IMG/VR virus record: IMGVR_UViG_3300045996_002451
Location: 1-64,000 of that record
Source of the DNA: a virus
Lineage: Duplodnaviria; Heunggongvirae; Uroviricota; Caudoviricetes
Direction: 5' to 3' (one strand)
DNA length: 64,000 bases
Shown: positions 28,813 through 38,516 of the stretch, in pieces
Layout: each line of letters begins with the position of its first letter
Position numbering within the stretch: the first letter of the stretch is position 1
Position numbers and translations under genes: made by a program
The notes under the pieces: generated by a model
What the model was told of the DNA's origin: nothing
Database searches by the model: none
Seen by the model: only the letters and a program-made list of their open reading frames with translations

Positions 28813-30486
28813 TCAGCGGTTAGCGAGGACCGCACTGATCATACTGGAGGCTTCTCCCTTGGTCAACTTGGAGACCGCATCCGGGTTGAAGCCCGAACGC
28901 ACCAGCATCTTGATCTGCCCCTCGGTAGGCGGATCTTTGCGCCAGCGCGCACCACTGTCCGCGATGTAGCCCACGCTGGGCCAGTAAGCGCGTACTTCCC
29001 GGTCCGCTATGCGGAGTACCGGTCCGATCTCCTGGTCGTAAGGACCGCGCCCGTCCACGACCACGCCGCCTACCAGGAACTGCAGCACCCATTGACCCAT
29101 CAGGTCCTGGCGCAGGTGCGCTTCCTGCTGGGGTCCGCGCACGGCGGGATCATCGGTACGCACGCTGCCGCAAGACAGCAAGTAGTGCTCCGCGTTGATC
29201 TTCACCCAGGTCATGGTGCTGTTCTCCTTCACCTCGGCAGCAGGTTCTACCGCGGCGAAGAGATCCACCTTTTCCAGCACGGTTTGCAGCTCGCTGAAGG
29301 TGCTTGGCATCTCTTCCTTCAGTAAGGAGAGCTTGGACTCCACCTGATCCATGTACTTCGCTGCTTGGGAAAGACTCTTGCCTTGCAGGTCGAGCCCCGG
29401 GGGCAGGTCGAGGATCGCCGGAACGCCCGCGAGGGAGTGTTTCCGGCAGTTATCGACCACATCGATCACGATCAGGTCTTCTTTACCGTCACAGATGCGC
29501 GTACCGCGACCCGTCATCTGCATGTACAGCGACCAGCTTTTGGTGGGACGCATCATCAAGACGCAGGAGAGCGGAGGGTGGTCAAAGCCTTCCGTCAGGA
29601 CCTCTACGTTGGTGAGGATCTGCGTCTCACCCTGCTTGAACCGCTCCAGGATGGCGCGGCGTTCCTCTTTCCCCAGGTTGCCGTGGATGCACTCGGCTTT
29701 GAAGTTTTTGGAGCGGAACGTTTCGGCTACCATCTCCGCATGTTCGACACTGGCGCAGAAGACCACCGTCTGCCGGTTACGCGCCACGCTCCACCAGTGG
29801 GAGAGCGCTTTACGCGTGCGGTTCTGGTCCATGACCGCGGCAGCCAGCTCGCCCTGGTTGAAGTCTCCGCCGAGCGTCTTGACCTTATCCAGGTTGACGT
29901 CGGAGCGGACCCGGTAACCGCGGATGTCGCAGAGGTAGCCCTCTTCGATGGCCTGGCGGATCGGGTAGTTGTACACCTGACGCTGGAAAACGGAGGCCAG
30001 GTTCAGTTTATCGAGACGCTTCGGCGTCGCCGTGCAGCCCACCAGTTTGACCTCACCTGGCTGCATGGCACCATAGCGCTTGAAGATCTTCACGTAGCTT
30101 TCCGCCACCGCGTGATGGGCTTCATCCGTGATGATCAGGTTCGGACTGAACCAACCCAGTCGCTTACCGCGGGAAAGGGTCTGTACGGAGGCGATCACCA
30201 CCGAGCAGTCTTTCTCGGCATACCGATCGCCTTGTTCGATCCCGACTACGGTGCCGGGAGCCGACCGTTCGAACATCCCAGCAGCTTGATCGAGCAGCTC
30301 TTCCCGGTGCGCCAGGACCAAGGTTTTGCCTGGTCGCTCTGCCTGGAGCGCGTTGTGGATCGCTCCGAACGTGACGGTCTTGCCGGTCCCAGTAGGTAGC
30401 GCGTAGAGCACGCTGTGGAGGTCGTCGGCGGTGAACGCTTTGACGACCTCGTCACGCGCTGCTAGTTGATAAGGTCTCAGTTCCAT
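28813..30486 (-). CDS. SF2 DEAD/DEAH helicase (ResIII/Irc3-like)
   Basis: LRPYQ, PTGTGKT, DEAHH, TATP, LTEGFD, QMTGRGTR. Confidence 0.95.
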   Translation of the reverse strand: MELRPYQLAARDEVVKAFTADDLHSVLYALPTGTGKTVTFGAIHNALQAERPGKTLVLAHREELLDQAAGMFERSAPGTVVGIEQGDRYAEKDCSVVIASVQTLSRGKRLGWFSPNLIITDEAHHAVAESYVKIFKRYGAMQPGEVKLVGCTATPKRLDKLNLASVFQRQVYNYPIRQAIEEGYLCDIRGYRVRSDVNLDKVKTLGGDFNQGELAAAVMDQNRTRKALSHWWSVARNRQTVVFCASVEHAEMVAETFRSKNFKAECIHGNLGKEERRAILERFKQGETQILTNVEVLTEGFDHPPLSCVLMMRPTKSWSLYMQMTGRGTRICDGKEDLIVIDVVDNCRKHSLAGVPAILDLPPGLDLQGKSLSQAAKYMDQVESKLSLLKEEMPSTFSELQTVLEKVDLFAAVEPAAEVKENSTMTWVKINAEHYLLSCGSVRTDDPAVRGPQQEAHLRQDLMGQWVLQFLVGGVVVDGRGPYDQEIGPVLRIADREVRAYWPSVGYIADSGARWRKDPPTEGQIKMLVRSGFNPDAVSKLTKGEASSMISAVLANR

Positions 30487-30928
30487 TAGCGTCTTTCTCG
30501 TCTACGTAACTCCAGGTAGGCACCTGGTCATCTGGCAGTTGTAGCGCCGCCAACATCTCAGGAAGTAACCGAACCGGGATATATTGCGTGACCGTAAACG
30601 AGCACGCGTAGTCCGGGTTATACCAATTGACGACCCAGACTTCCGCGGTAACGCGCGTGTCACCCAGTAGAAAACGCCCCACGGCGGAGCTGGGTGCACA
30701 GCGCCGGAACAACTGCATGAAGAACTGCTGGTAGTCCGCGAACGTAGTGAAGATCAGGTAAGCGTTTCCCGTCTCTTTTCTGCCGGATCCGTTGAGGCAG
30801 TTCTGACAGGAATGGTTCGTCTGGATGCCAAGACGCCACAACTCAGCTAAGAGGGGAGCCATCCCCACATCAACGTGGACGTCACCCAACCAAGGGTTTA
30901 AGAGTTTGATCTGGGGATGGTGGGACAT
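30452..30928 (-). CDS. hypothetical protein
   Basis: VDVGMAPLLAELWRLGIQTNHSCQ (short Tyw3-N-like pattern). Confidence 0.65.
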   Translation of the reverse strand: MSHHPQIKLLNPWLGDVHVDVGMAPLLAELWRLGIQTNHSCQNCLNGSGRKETGNAYLIFTTFADYQQFFMQLFRRCAPSSAVGRFLLGDTRVTAEVWVVNWYNPDYACSFTVTQYIPVRLLPEMLAALQLPDDQVPTWSYVDEKDANGTETLSTSSA

Positions 30929-30929
30929 G

Positions 30930-31241
30930 CTACTTCCTCTTGGGGGTGAACACGAAAAACGCTTCGTAAGTTTCGCAGTAACCGGGCTTGTCGTATGTGA
31001 CTTTCCAGCCTGCCTCGCGGTAGATCGCTTCGATCTCCAGCCAACCTTGCTTGAAGACGTGCTGACGTGTACAGTCCATCTTACTACACAGCGCGGCCAC
31101 TACTTCGTTCTGCAATACGGTGCTGCTTCCATCACTCATATTCCGGGCGATGGCTTCGTTCCAGACCTCGAGGATCGGGTCCGGCAGCAACCGAACTTTT
31201 GCAGCTACAACTTCGTCGGGACGCAATGGTTGTACGGGCAT
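30930..31241 (-). CDS. hypothetical phage protein
   Basis: WLEIEAIYREAGWKVTYDKPGY. Confidence 0.7.
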   Translation of the reverse strand: MPVQPLRPDEVVAAKVRLLPDPILEVWNEAIARNMSDGSSTVLQNEVVAALCSKMDCTRQHVFKQGWLEIEAIYREAGWKVTYDKPGYCETYEAFFVFTPKRK

Positions 31242-31289
31242 GGATCACCTCTTGAAGAGTGGGGACTCAGGTCCCCACTCGAGTTTGGC

Positions 31290-32048
31290 TCAGGATGTTT
31301 GGACGACTGTCTCCAAGGCGTTGTGAACTTCTTCCCAAACACGGCCCTCGGTATCATTCCAGCCGATGGTGAAGCCCGCTGCCTCCAACGCGTCTGACAG
31401 TCTGGTGCCCCAGTCCGGTCCGGCAATGTAGCGCGCTGCACCGTGCAGGCACACCTTGCACTGTCCGTTCCAAGCACCTTTCGGAGTTTCGATCCAGCCT
31501 CCGGCGAGCCACCGCTCGGGAGTTAGCCAGTCGCGCACCGCGATGGCAGCTTCCTTTAAGCTAGTAGGTTCTCGGATCCCTGGAAAGACCGGCATGATCA
31601 CTGCCAGCAGGTTAGCTCCGGTAAAGCGAGTTTCCGTCAGATCAGCCCCCGAGAAGAGCGCATACACCAGATCAGCACCCTGCAGATCCGTGCGCTGAAG
31701 ATTTGCGCCTTGAAACGACGCGTGCTCACATCTAGTGTACACGAGCTTAGCACCACTGAGATTGGCGCCGTCTAACCGAGCGTAATCCAGATCCGCGTAG
31801 CTCAAGTCTGCGCCGCTCAAGTCAGCGCGCTGCAAGGAGGCGTGAGAAAGATTCGCCTCTCTTATCTGGGCACCGGTCAGGTCGGCATCGTCCAGGTTAG
31901 CCCGCATCAGATCGATAGCGGAAAGATTCAGTCCTCGTAGATCAGCGCCTTGCAGCTGTTTATCAGCAAGATCAAACCTACCTGATCTATCGCACGGAAT
32001 GGTGTAAAGCAGCTCACCGGTGATTTTGTGTTTGATTTCGTATTTCAT
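31290..32048 (-). CDS. pentapeptide-repeat protein with C-terminal Cys domain
   Basis: A(D/N)LxG repeats; C-term CKVCLHGAA. Confidence 0.88.
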   Translation of the reverse strand: MKYEIKHKITGELLYTIPCDRSGRFDLADKQLQGADLRGLNLSAIDLMRANLDDADLTGAQIREANLSHASLQRADLSGADLSYADLDYARLDGANLSGAKLVYTRCEHASFQGANLQRTDLQGADLVYALFSGADLTETRFTGANLLAVIMPVFPGIREPTSLKEAAIAVRDWLTPERWLAGGWIETPKGAWNGQCKVCLHGAARYIAGPDWGTRLSDALEAAGFTIGWNDTEGRVWEEVHNALETVVQTS

Positions 32049-32091
32049 GACAACTCCTGGAAGGGAGGTGGTACTCTTACCGCCTCCCTTA

Positions 32092-33675
32092 TTAGGCAAC
32101 GGGCAGTTCTTCGAGGCGATGACCATACTGCGCGTGTAGCCAGCGAAGTCCCGTCTCAGTATCACTGAAGTCACCGTTGAGCTGCGCTTCGTAGGCTGCC
32201 GCCACCGCTTCTCCGATGTGGGGACCGCCCTTGTACTCGAAGTAAGGCATCACGTGCCGTCCGAGTACCAGTTTGGCGGGCGGCTCGTAGTAGACGTTCA
32301 GCTTTTCGGCTAGCTCCAGCATGAAGAACGCGGCTACCGGCATCCCGGTTGGCAGCGGCGGTCGACCGCTGGCGTCTGCTTCCATCAGCCACGCAAGCAT
32401 CTGGATGTTGGCCGGAGCCAGGCGCTTGGCCAGACGACGCACCACTGTCTCTGGTCGATCGCTGTTCAGGATGTCCCGGTGGGCCAGGTGATCCTCAACC
32501 AATGGTACTACCTGCGCGGTGATCTGCGGATGCATCTTGGTGATCCCGATCCGGTCCAGGAACCGCTGGGCGATGGGACCGCCTGCGCGTTCATGCCCGT
32601 GACTGGTCCAGCGCAGCTTGCCCTTTTTCTCCAGTTGCGCGGTGACTACCGGCTTGGCGAAGTCGTGACAGAGGGCGGAAAACACGAGTACCGCCCTGGC
32701 TTCGGGTTCCAACTTTTCGCGGATAGCGATGTTGTTGGCCGCATCCACGACGTACCGGGTGTGCCGGTAGACATCCCCTTCGGGATGCCACTCCGGGTCT
32801 TGTGGGCACCCATACATCCGGCGCAGTTCTGGGTAGAAAACGTCCCAGAGCGTGCTGGACAAGAACTCCAGTCCGAGGGAAGGACGGGTGCTCTTGGTGG
32901 CCCACTTCAGCCATTCTTCCGCTACTCGTTCCCGAGAGACACAGCGCCCTTTGTCGGTGAGTCGACTGAGGGCGAGGTAGTCGCCGGTGGCACGGTAGAA
33001 GTTGCGCCCGTGCCAGGTCTTTAACTCCGGGTATGCTCCCAGTTCCGGATCCGGCGCATCCTCGCGATACCGCTGGCGGATCTGGATGCCCAGGTTGTTG
33101 AGCAGATCCTCGGTCTGCACCTCGACGTCCCAACCAAAGCGGGAAACGAACTGCATCCCGCGTAGGGCCCGTAGTGGATCGTCCGCGAAGAGGTTCATGT
33201 CTACTGCACGCAGCAGGCCTTGCTGGATGTCTTCGACCCCGTCAAAGAAGTCGAGTAGCTCTCCGGTGAGAGGATCAAACAGGAGCGCGTTACACGTGTA
33301 ATCGCGCCGCCGACAGGCTTCGCTAGGAAGCATCTGAGGATCGTACTCGACTACATAGTCGTGGCGGGTCGGATCGTTGCCCTGCCTGCTGTCTTTACGC
33401 GGTAGGCTGACGTCGTAGGTGGCGCCGTCCACGCGCCACTTGAGGACACCAAAGCTGGAACCTTCCAGTTGGACGGAGCCGGGCTGCTGTTCCAGAAGGT
33501 CCTGAAGAGCTGGAAAAGGGAGGCCGTAGACCTCGACGTCGATGTCCTTGGGTTCGAGTCCTAGGAGGGCGTCGCGGACACAGCCTCCGACCAGGTAGCC
33601 CTGAAGGCCTCTAGCCTTCAGGTCCAGTAGGAACTTCCGGAGTTGGGACGTCACCGGGATCTTTAGGGTCTGCAT
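32092..33675 (-). CDS. cca: tRNA nucleotidyltransferase (CCA-adding/poly(A) polymerase family) with HD domain
   Basis: LVGGCVRD, DIDVE, RRDYTCNAL, DDPLRALR, HPEGDVYRHT, CHDFAK. Confidence 0.9.
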   Translation of the reverse strand: MQTLKIPVTSQLRKFLLDLKARGLQGYLVGGCVRDALLGLEPKDIDVEVYGLPFPALQDLLEQQPGSVQLEGSSFGVLKWRVDGATYDVSLPRKDSRQGNDPTRHDYVVEYDPQMLPSEACRRRDYTCNALLFDPLTGELLDFFDGVEDIQQGLLRAVDMNLFADDPLRALRGMQFVSRFGWDVEVQTEDLLNNLGIQIRQRYREDAPDPELGAYPELKTWHGRNFYRATGDYLALSRLTDKGRCVSRERVAEEWLKWATKSTRPSLGLEFLSSTLWDVFYPELRRMYGCPQDPEWHPEGDVYRHTRYVVDAANNIAIREKLEPEARAVLVFSALCHDFAKPVVTAQLEKKGKLRWTSHGHERAGGPIAQRFLDRIGITKMHPQITAQVVPLVEDHLAHRDILNSDRPETVVRRLAKRLAPANIQMLAWLMEADASGRPPLPTGMPVAAFFMLELAEKLNVYYEPPAKLVLGRHVMPYFEYKGGPHIGEAVAAAYEAQLNGDFSDTETGLRWLHAQYGHRLEELPVA

Positions 33676-33898
33676 GTTTGTTTCTCCGGGAGTGCAGGGC
33701 TGCGCGGATGCGTTCCGTGGCCAGTTCGCAAGTCAGGGTGCTGACCACCACGGTTTCAGCCAGGTGGCGATCGATCGGGTCCAACTCCGCGTCCTCAAAG
33801 ACTTGCAGCAGTTCTTTGACAAATTGCCGCGTCTTTCTTTCCAGGATCTTAGCGGTGAGTGAGTCCGCGGCCCCGTACTGGTTGAAGATCTTGCTCAT
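33611..33898 (-). CDS. hypothetical protein
   Basis: coupled ORF. Confidence 0.55.
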   Translation of the reverse strand: MSKIFNQYGAADSLTAKILERKTRQFVKELLQVFEDAELDPIDRHLAETVVVSTLTCELATERIRAALHSRRNKHADPKDPGDVPTPEVPTGPEG

Positions 33899-34539
33899 CG
33901 CCGTGCTTCTCGTAGGAGCTGGTCTGCTTCTTCCGGCGTCAGGCGCTCCAAAGGCATCGTTGGTGCCTGGTTACTGGCCTTGGTCGCAACGGTTGCCGGA
34001 TCGGGAGGGGTCAGGAGTTCGAGATCTTTACCAGTCAGTTTTTTGGCGAACTCGATGTTGAAACGTGTCCAGAAGAGTTGGGTAATGCACATCCCCACGT
34101 GCGTGGACGCGTAGAAAAACGCCATGAACACGTGCCCGTGTTGGGTCAGGGTTAAGGTTAACCCAAGTATCGACAGGTAGCTCACGCAGCTCAGTACTTG
34201 CGTTAACGCGTTGCTGCGGAGCTGCATCTCCAGCCAGCTTTGCAAGCCTTTGCCTCTTGTGGAACGGTCTTCGAGCTGTTTGGAGAGCCCGATGGCTGCC
34301 ATGATGAGGATCGCGGGGAAGATCAGCCCGAGCAGTGCCGTCGTGGTCAGGAGCATGTACGAGAGCAGCATCCCGTAGTTCTGGTAAGCCGGGAGGGTAA
34401 GTAGCCCTGCGGTTAACAGGTGGAGCAGGATACTGAACGTGGATGTCAAGTAGCGATTTGTTTTGATAGGCGGTCCCGCGGCATCCAGGTAAGCGCGGGT
34501 AAGTACGGGGACATCCTTGCTGGTATAAACGTTGGCCAT
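33895..34539 (-). CDS. multi-pass membrane protein
   Basis: about four hydrophobic segments. Confidence 0.7.
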   Translation of the reverse strand: MANVYTSKDVPVLTRAYLDAAGPPIKTNRYLTSTFSILLHLLTAGLLTLPAYQNYGMLLSYMLLTTTALLGLIFPAILIMAAIGLSKQLEDRSTRGKGLQSWLEMQLRSNALTQVLSCVSYLSILGLTLTLTQHGHVFMAFFYASTHVGMCITQLFWTRFNIEFAKKLTGKDLELLTPPDPATVATKASNQAPTMPLERLTPEEADQLLREARR

Positions 34540-34567
34540 GAGAAAGCACCTCTGGGAACGGGGAGGC

Positions 34568-34963
34568 TTAAGCCTCCGGAGAGTCTAACGTGCGCTGCGC
34601 CAGAAGGGTGCGCGCGTGTTCTTGTACTGCAGCTACGACGGTGTTTAGGTCCAGCGTACGGCACAGGTGATCGAACGCGTTGTGAACAAAGAGCGTGTCG
34701 TCCAGGGTTACGGTGTGCACGCTTTTGACTGTACGCCGCTTTTGCTTTACGCGCGCTCTGCTTTGGTGATCGGACGTAGCGTAGTAAACACCGTCAGCGT
34801 GCCCGGTCAGACAGCACGCGCCTTCTTGGTTAATCGGTACGTACGCGGTCCACTTTTCGGCCTGGGCCACGTCCTGCAGGGCTTCAAGAGGCAACCCTTC
34901 CAGGTAGGTAAATACGGTTTCCCAGGCGGCTTGTGGCACGAGGTGTTCATCGATACTAAGCAT
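34568..34963 (-). CDS. CLxGH paralog family A protein
   Basis: EALQDVAQAEKW...CCLTGHADG. Confidence 0.65.
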   Translation of the reverse strand: MLSIDEHLVPQAAWETVFTYLEGLPLEALQDVAQAEKWTAYVPINQEGACCLTGHADGVYYATSDHQSRARVKQKRRTVKSVHTVTLDDTLFVHNAFDHLCRTLDLNTVVAAVQEHARTLLAQRTLDSPEA

Positions 34964-35011
34964 CAGCGGAACTCCTTTCAATTGAGGGCACCCAGGCACA
35001 GCGCAACAATT

Positions 35012-35059
35012 AAAAAGGCGACCCTGAAGAAGACCGGAGTCTCCCTCAAGGTCGCCCTT
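35012..35059 (-). terminator. intrinsic terminator after Ro60 gene
   Basis: AAGGCGACC...GGTCGCCTT plus T-run. Confidence 0.65.
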
Positions 35060-35077
35060 ATCTAGGTCGGTAGGAAC

Positions 35078-36802
35078 CTAGATATTGCCCAGCGCAAATT
35101 GCCCCATGATGTTCGGTGTGGAGGCATCAAAACCCACACAATCGATCATTCCCCGATCTTTGGGATCGGCGATGGTGAACCCGTTCGAGACCATACCGCA
35201 CACGATCAGCTTGGCGTCGATGCCCATCTTCTCCCGGTACGCGCGCAGGGCCTGGACGGGCTGTACCGGTCCAGCGTACGTCTCGGAGTCCGTGTAGACC
35301 ACGAAGACATCGAACGGGATCTTCTTTGCCAGCGCGTAACGCATCGGCAAGGAGCAGTCGGTGGAGCCGAAGGCAAGGTTGTTGACTTCGTTGCATGCAT
35401 CGGTCAGCCGCTGGCGCGGACTGACTTTCAGCTCACTGATCCCATCGATCTCGTCCGCTGTTGCGCGGTTACGCGCGTAGTAACCCCGGCTGCCTGCGGT
35501 GAAGCCCGTGATCATGTACTGGTCTTCGACGTTTGCCGTGACCAAGGCCATCGCCACGGAGCCCACGCGCGGGGAGAGCCCCTGCACGCCGCCGCACATT
35601 CCACCCGTCATCGAGCCCGAGACGTCCAGGGCCAGCATCCACCGCTTGCCGGTCGGCTCCACGTTCTTGAACGCCAGGTAGAACGCCTTGTCCAGTCCGT
35701 CCACGATCTGACGCACAGGAGACCAGACGTTGTCCCCTTTCAGGGATCTGCCGGACTCGTACGTCTTCATCGCAGTGAGCACGGCGATCGGATGGATCCG
35801 CGAAGCCGCCAGTCCTGCCGGATCGGTCAGCTTGTTCACCACGAACTTGGTGGCGTCGGACATCGGTCCCAGGACTCCGTAGCGGGTCATGTTCGCCAGG
35901 TTGCGCAGCATCGCCGTAAGACCCATCTCCGGCAGCAAGGCCTCCCAGACAGCCGGGCTGGTCTTGTACTGCGTCGGGATGCACTCGTGCGGCAGCCGGA
36001 ACTCCTTGAGGACCGTGATCACGTCCTTTTCGGTCGGTACCCGCTTGATCAGCTCGAAGCCCCGGATCATATCCGGCAGGTGCTGCGAAAGATCTTCGTA
36101 CATCACCGCACCGGTGGACAGCTCGCTGCCGCACTTGACGCCCTTCTTGCGCGAGACCGTACGCGTACCGAGATCGCCGCCCACGGACCAACGCATCGCC
36201 GCGTCCTTGCTCTTGCTCTCCGTGATCGGATGCGCGAGGCGCAAGACGTCGCGATGGCTCCAGCCGTCCCGCTGCTGATACTTGATCAACTGCAGGGCGA
36301 GGGAGTTGTCCGAGCGCTCCGTGTACCAGTTGGCCACGGCACGTCGCAGTCCTCGACCCCAGCCGCGCATGCCATCGACGTGCTCGCAGAACTGGAACAG
36401 GTGGGTGCCGATGCGACATACCTTGGGTAGTGCCGAGAGGGCAGCCGCCCGGGTCGGGTCGTCGCCATAGCTGGCCGCGATCGCCAGGACGAAGATCGCC
36501 TGGTCGTTCTTGGGTGCTCGCGCCTGATCCGAGACTTCCGTCACGATCTGTACGGTCCGGAGACCATCCGCCTTGACGCACTCCTGTGCCGCCTTCGCGT
36601 TCTCCAGGGTCAGCTTCTGCTGCGTGGCGTAGTAGGAACCGCCTTCACTTCCCAGGATGAGGAAGCGCTGGAGGCGGGTCCAGCAATCCACGCCAAAGAC
36701 GACGCCTCCGGCACTGTTGGGGACCATGTCGGCTTCTCGGCCCGGGATCGCCCGCGTCTGCGGCGTCTTCTTGCTGCTCAATGTACCCTTCAGATAACTC
36801 AT
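35078..36802 (-). CDS. rsr: Ro60 / Rsr TROVE-domain RNA-binding protein
   Basis: NSAGGVVF, RLQRFLILGSEGGSYY, GWGRGLRRAV, KYQQRDGWSHRDVLRLAHP, TAMLRNL, vWA LDVSGSM, VYTDSET. Confidence 0.97.
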   Translation of the reverse strand: MSYLKGTLSSKKTPQTRAIPGREADMVPNSAGGVVFGVDCWTRLQRFLILGSEGGSYYATQQKLTLENAKAAQECVKADGLRTVQIVTEVSDQARAPKNDQAIFVLAIAASYGDDPTRAAALSALPKVCRIGTHLFQFCEHVDGMRGWGRGLRRAVANWYTERSDNSLALQLIKYQQRDGWSHRDVLRLAHPITESKSKDAAMRWSVGGDLGTRTVSRKKGVKCGSELSTGAVMYEDLSQHLPDMIRGFELIKRVPTEKDVITVLKEFRLPHECIPTQYKTSPAVWEALLPEMGLTAMLRNLANMTRYGVLGPMSDATKFVVNKLTDPAGLAASRIHPIAVLTAMKTYESGRSLKGDNVWSPVRQIVDGLDKAFYLAFKNVEPTGKRWMLALDVSGSMTGGMCGGVQGLSPRVGSVAMALVTANVEDQYMITGFTAGSRGYYARNRATADEIDGISELKVSPRQRLTDACNEVNNLAFGSTDCSLPMRYALAKKIPFDVFVVYTDSETYAGPVQPVQALRAYREKMGIDAKLIVCGMVSNGFTIADPKDRGMIDCVGFDASTPNIMGQFALGNI

Positions 36803-36864
36803 TGCACACTCTCTTTCGGCCCGTTTACGGGCGTTACACGTGTATCACACGTCATACAACACTA

Positions 36865-37019
36865 CAGGGGAGGTAGGAGTCGAACCTACACGACACACTG
36901 CCAAGTCGTTATCTCAACAGTAGCAGACGGGAAAGCTAACGACACTCGACCGTACTGCTTATTACCGTGTCTGACCCAGGGTTGGTCCACTGGCGCTCTG
37001 ACCATTAAGCTACTCCCCT
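36865..37019 (-). ncRNA. tRNA-like RNA with ~80-nt insert in variable-arm position (possible Y module)
   Basis: AGGGGAG/CTCCCCT acceptor, canonical D and T arms; insert GACAC...GGTCGAGTGTCGTTA...TAACGACTTGGC...GTGTC. Confidence 0.7.
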
Positions 37020-37143
37020 AAGAAACCATGTCCGGGGTAGGACTCTCACCTATTTGATTTCAAGCAAGAACGGGTGGCCACCCGTCTTCCTGCCCTCTCC
37101 GACTATACGGTCCCGAACTCTACCGAGCTGTTTCCAGCTCAAC

Positions 37144-37221
37144 TCAACGTAGGGGGAGTTGAACACCCCGACCTCAATCACGGTTTCCGTGACTGCGCTC
37201 TTACCCCTGAGCTATACGCCG
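37144..37221 (-). ncRNA. tRNA mimic, anticodon loop replaced by long hairpin
   Basis: CGGCGTA/TACGTTG, GCTC D-stem, CAGTCACGG-AAA-CCGTGATTG, TTCAACT T-loop. Confidence 0.75.
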
Positions 37222-37258
37222 TGCTTAACTTAGTGGTCTCCACTGAGTTAAGGGGGGC

Positions 37259-37331
37259 CGATCGTGGTAGGAGTTGAACCTACGACCTCCAGGTGTACAT
37301 CCTGGCGCTCTACCAACTGAGCTACACGATC
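37259..37331 (-). tRNA. atypical tRNA, GTA anticodon (Tyr-like; short variable loop, A32, C37)
   Basis: full cloverleaf GATCGTG/CACGATC, CCAGG-ATGTACA-CCTGG; no encoded CCA. Confidence 0.7.
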
Positions 37332-37335
37332 GACA

Positions 37336-37404
37336 TTAGGACAGGCAAGTTGATTGAAGTGGGGAGTTCATGCGAGATAACCCACCTCATTCGGCCCGTC
37401 TTAA
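37336..37404 (-). ncRNA. short Y RNA-like (Ro60-binding helix)
   Basis: GACGGGCCGAATG...GGGTTATC...ACTTGCCTGTC, bulged C. Confidence 0.75.
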
Positions 37405-37408
37405 AAGT

Positions 37409-37786
37409 TTACTGGGTTGTGAAGCGGCAGTTGCTTTTACGCGTATGCTCCTTCAAGTTGACCTTGATCGGGCAGCGCTTGGAGTTCAAGCGTGCCAGGA
37501 TGTGTCCCTCGTGCGGGTTGTAGTAGTGCAGCGGTGGATAGTCCCAGATCGCAACCTCAGTCTTGCTCCAGTCCATCACGAAGCTGCGCTCGGCAAAGCC
37601 CCAGATGACGCCATGGTTGTCCCGTTTGAGCAGCACGTAGCGGCGCCAGCGGGGGATCGGGATCTTTTCTGAAGACAGGGCACGTTGGACGCCCCGCTTA
37701 TTGAACGGACTACCCCCGGTGACATCAGTGCCTGTGTTCCACATGGCGCGTTGGATGCGCGCGCGTTTGGTGGTCAGTTTAGGCAT
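37409..37786 (-). CDS. basic hypothetical protein inside RNA cluster
   Basis: AAGGAGG RBS, 125 aa, K/R-rich. Confidence 0.7.
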   Translation of the reverse strand: MPKLTTKRARIQRAMWNTGTDVTGGSPFNKRGVQRALSSEKIPIPRWRRYVLLKRDNHGVIWGFAERSFVMDWSKTEVAIWDYPPLHYYNPHEGHILARLNSKRCPIKVNLKEHTRKSNCRFTTQ

Positions 37787-37810
37787 GACAGCCTCCTTGG
37801 GGTAAATGTT

Positions 37811-37941
37811 GCGGCCTGCGGGAATCTAACCCACACTCGTTAGGTGTACTGCGCTTACTCGCTTGCTTGAACATCCCGTCTGGAATGGCGTGAAGGAAGA
37901 CGGGCCTACCAGGTCTGCACTGAAGCGCACATAGAGGCCGC
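37811..37941 (-). ncRNA. tRNA-like-domain RNA (acceptor + T-arm, ~105-nt body)
   Basis: GCGGCCT/AGGCCGC and GTGGG-TTAGATT-CCCGC; no canonical D arm. Confidence 0.5.
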
Positions 37942-38092
37942 TTAGTCCGCACGAATGAGTCCCCGTGCCATACGGCAACTCAGTCATTGTACCAAGCGGT
38001 GATCTCTAGACAGGGACCTCGGACGATTTGCAGTCGCCCTCTTAGCCTGTGCTACCAACTCTGCTCTCGGGCCGCACGAAATTGTTTGACTA

Positions 38093-38236
38093 CGCCAGGG
38101 GATGGACTCGAACCACCGACCCGTAGTGTATGGTAACCTTCAAACGCCGACCCCGACCAGGGTAGTTAGCCCTCGCTGAGATAAGTGTGTAAGAAGACAT
38201 GTTGGACTGCTGCTCTACCAACTGAGCTACCCTGGC
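38093..38236 (-). ncRNA. tRNA with circularly permuted Y module in anticodon arm
   Basis: GCCAGGG/CCCTGGC, canonical D and T arms; insert TCTTC..ACTTATCTC-hairpin-GGGGTCGG..GAAGGTTACC. Confidence 0.7.
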
Positions 38237-38242
38237 AAGGGA

Positions 38243-38309
38243 GTCCGGGCAAGTGGTTGCGGCGAGGGGTGTTACTTGAAAGGGTAACCCTCATTGCTCC
38301 GGCCCGAAC
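38243..38309 (-). ncRNA. short Y RNA-like
   Basis: GTTCGGGCCGGAG...GGGTTACC...ACTTGCCCGGAC. Confidence 0.75.
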
Positions 38310-38315
38310 AAAAAC

Positions 38316-38434
38316 TTTGAAGAGGACAAGGGAGTTAACCTCGACTGAAACGGCCACCAAGGCAGCGCCCGACTCGAACGGGCTTCGTCTTGTTTTGTAA
38401 GCAAGATAACCGAAGTCATCCGGCCCTCTTCAAA
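38316..38434 (-). ncRNA. YrlA-like Y RNA (T-arm plus acceptor-like hairpin)
   Basis: TTTGAAGAGGGCCGGATG..GGTTATC..GCCCG-TTCGAGT-CGGGC..GCTGCC-TT-GGTGGC..CTTGTCCTCTTCAAA. Confidence 0.75.
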
Positions 38435-38516
38435 TGAAGGTGGTTGCTGCGACCTGCCTAGCGGTATCCCCACCGGTATGGAGATATGGTTCCGCGGTCT
38501 GCGCTCTCACCACCAG

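Noticed and set aside
37029-37118. Additional tRNA-like unit (GTTCGGG/CCCGGAC with TAGG-TGAGAGT-CCTA)
   Set aside because: No convincing D arm and a non-canonical T loop; too weak to list as a feature.
37811-37941. tmRNA
   Set aside because: Only ~130 nt, no G3:U70 pair and no tag reading frame.
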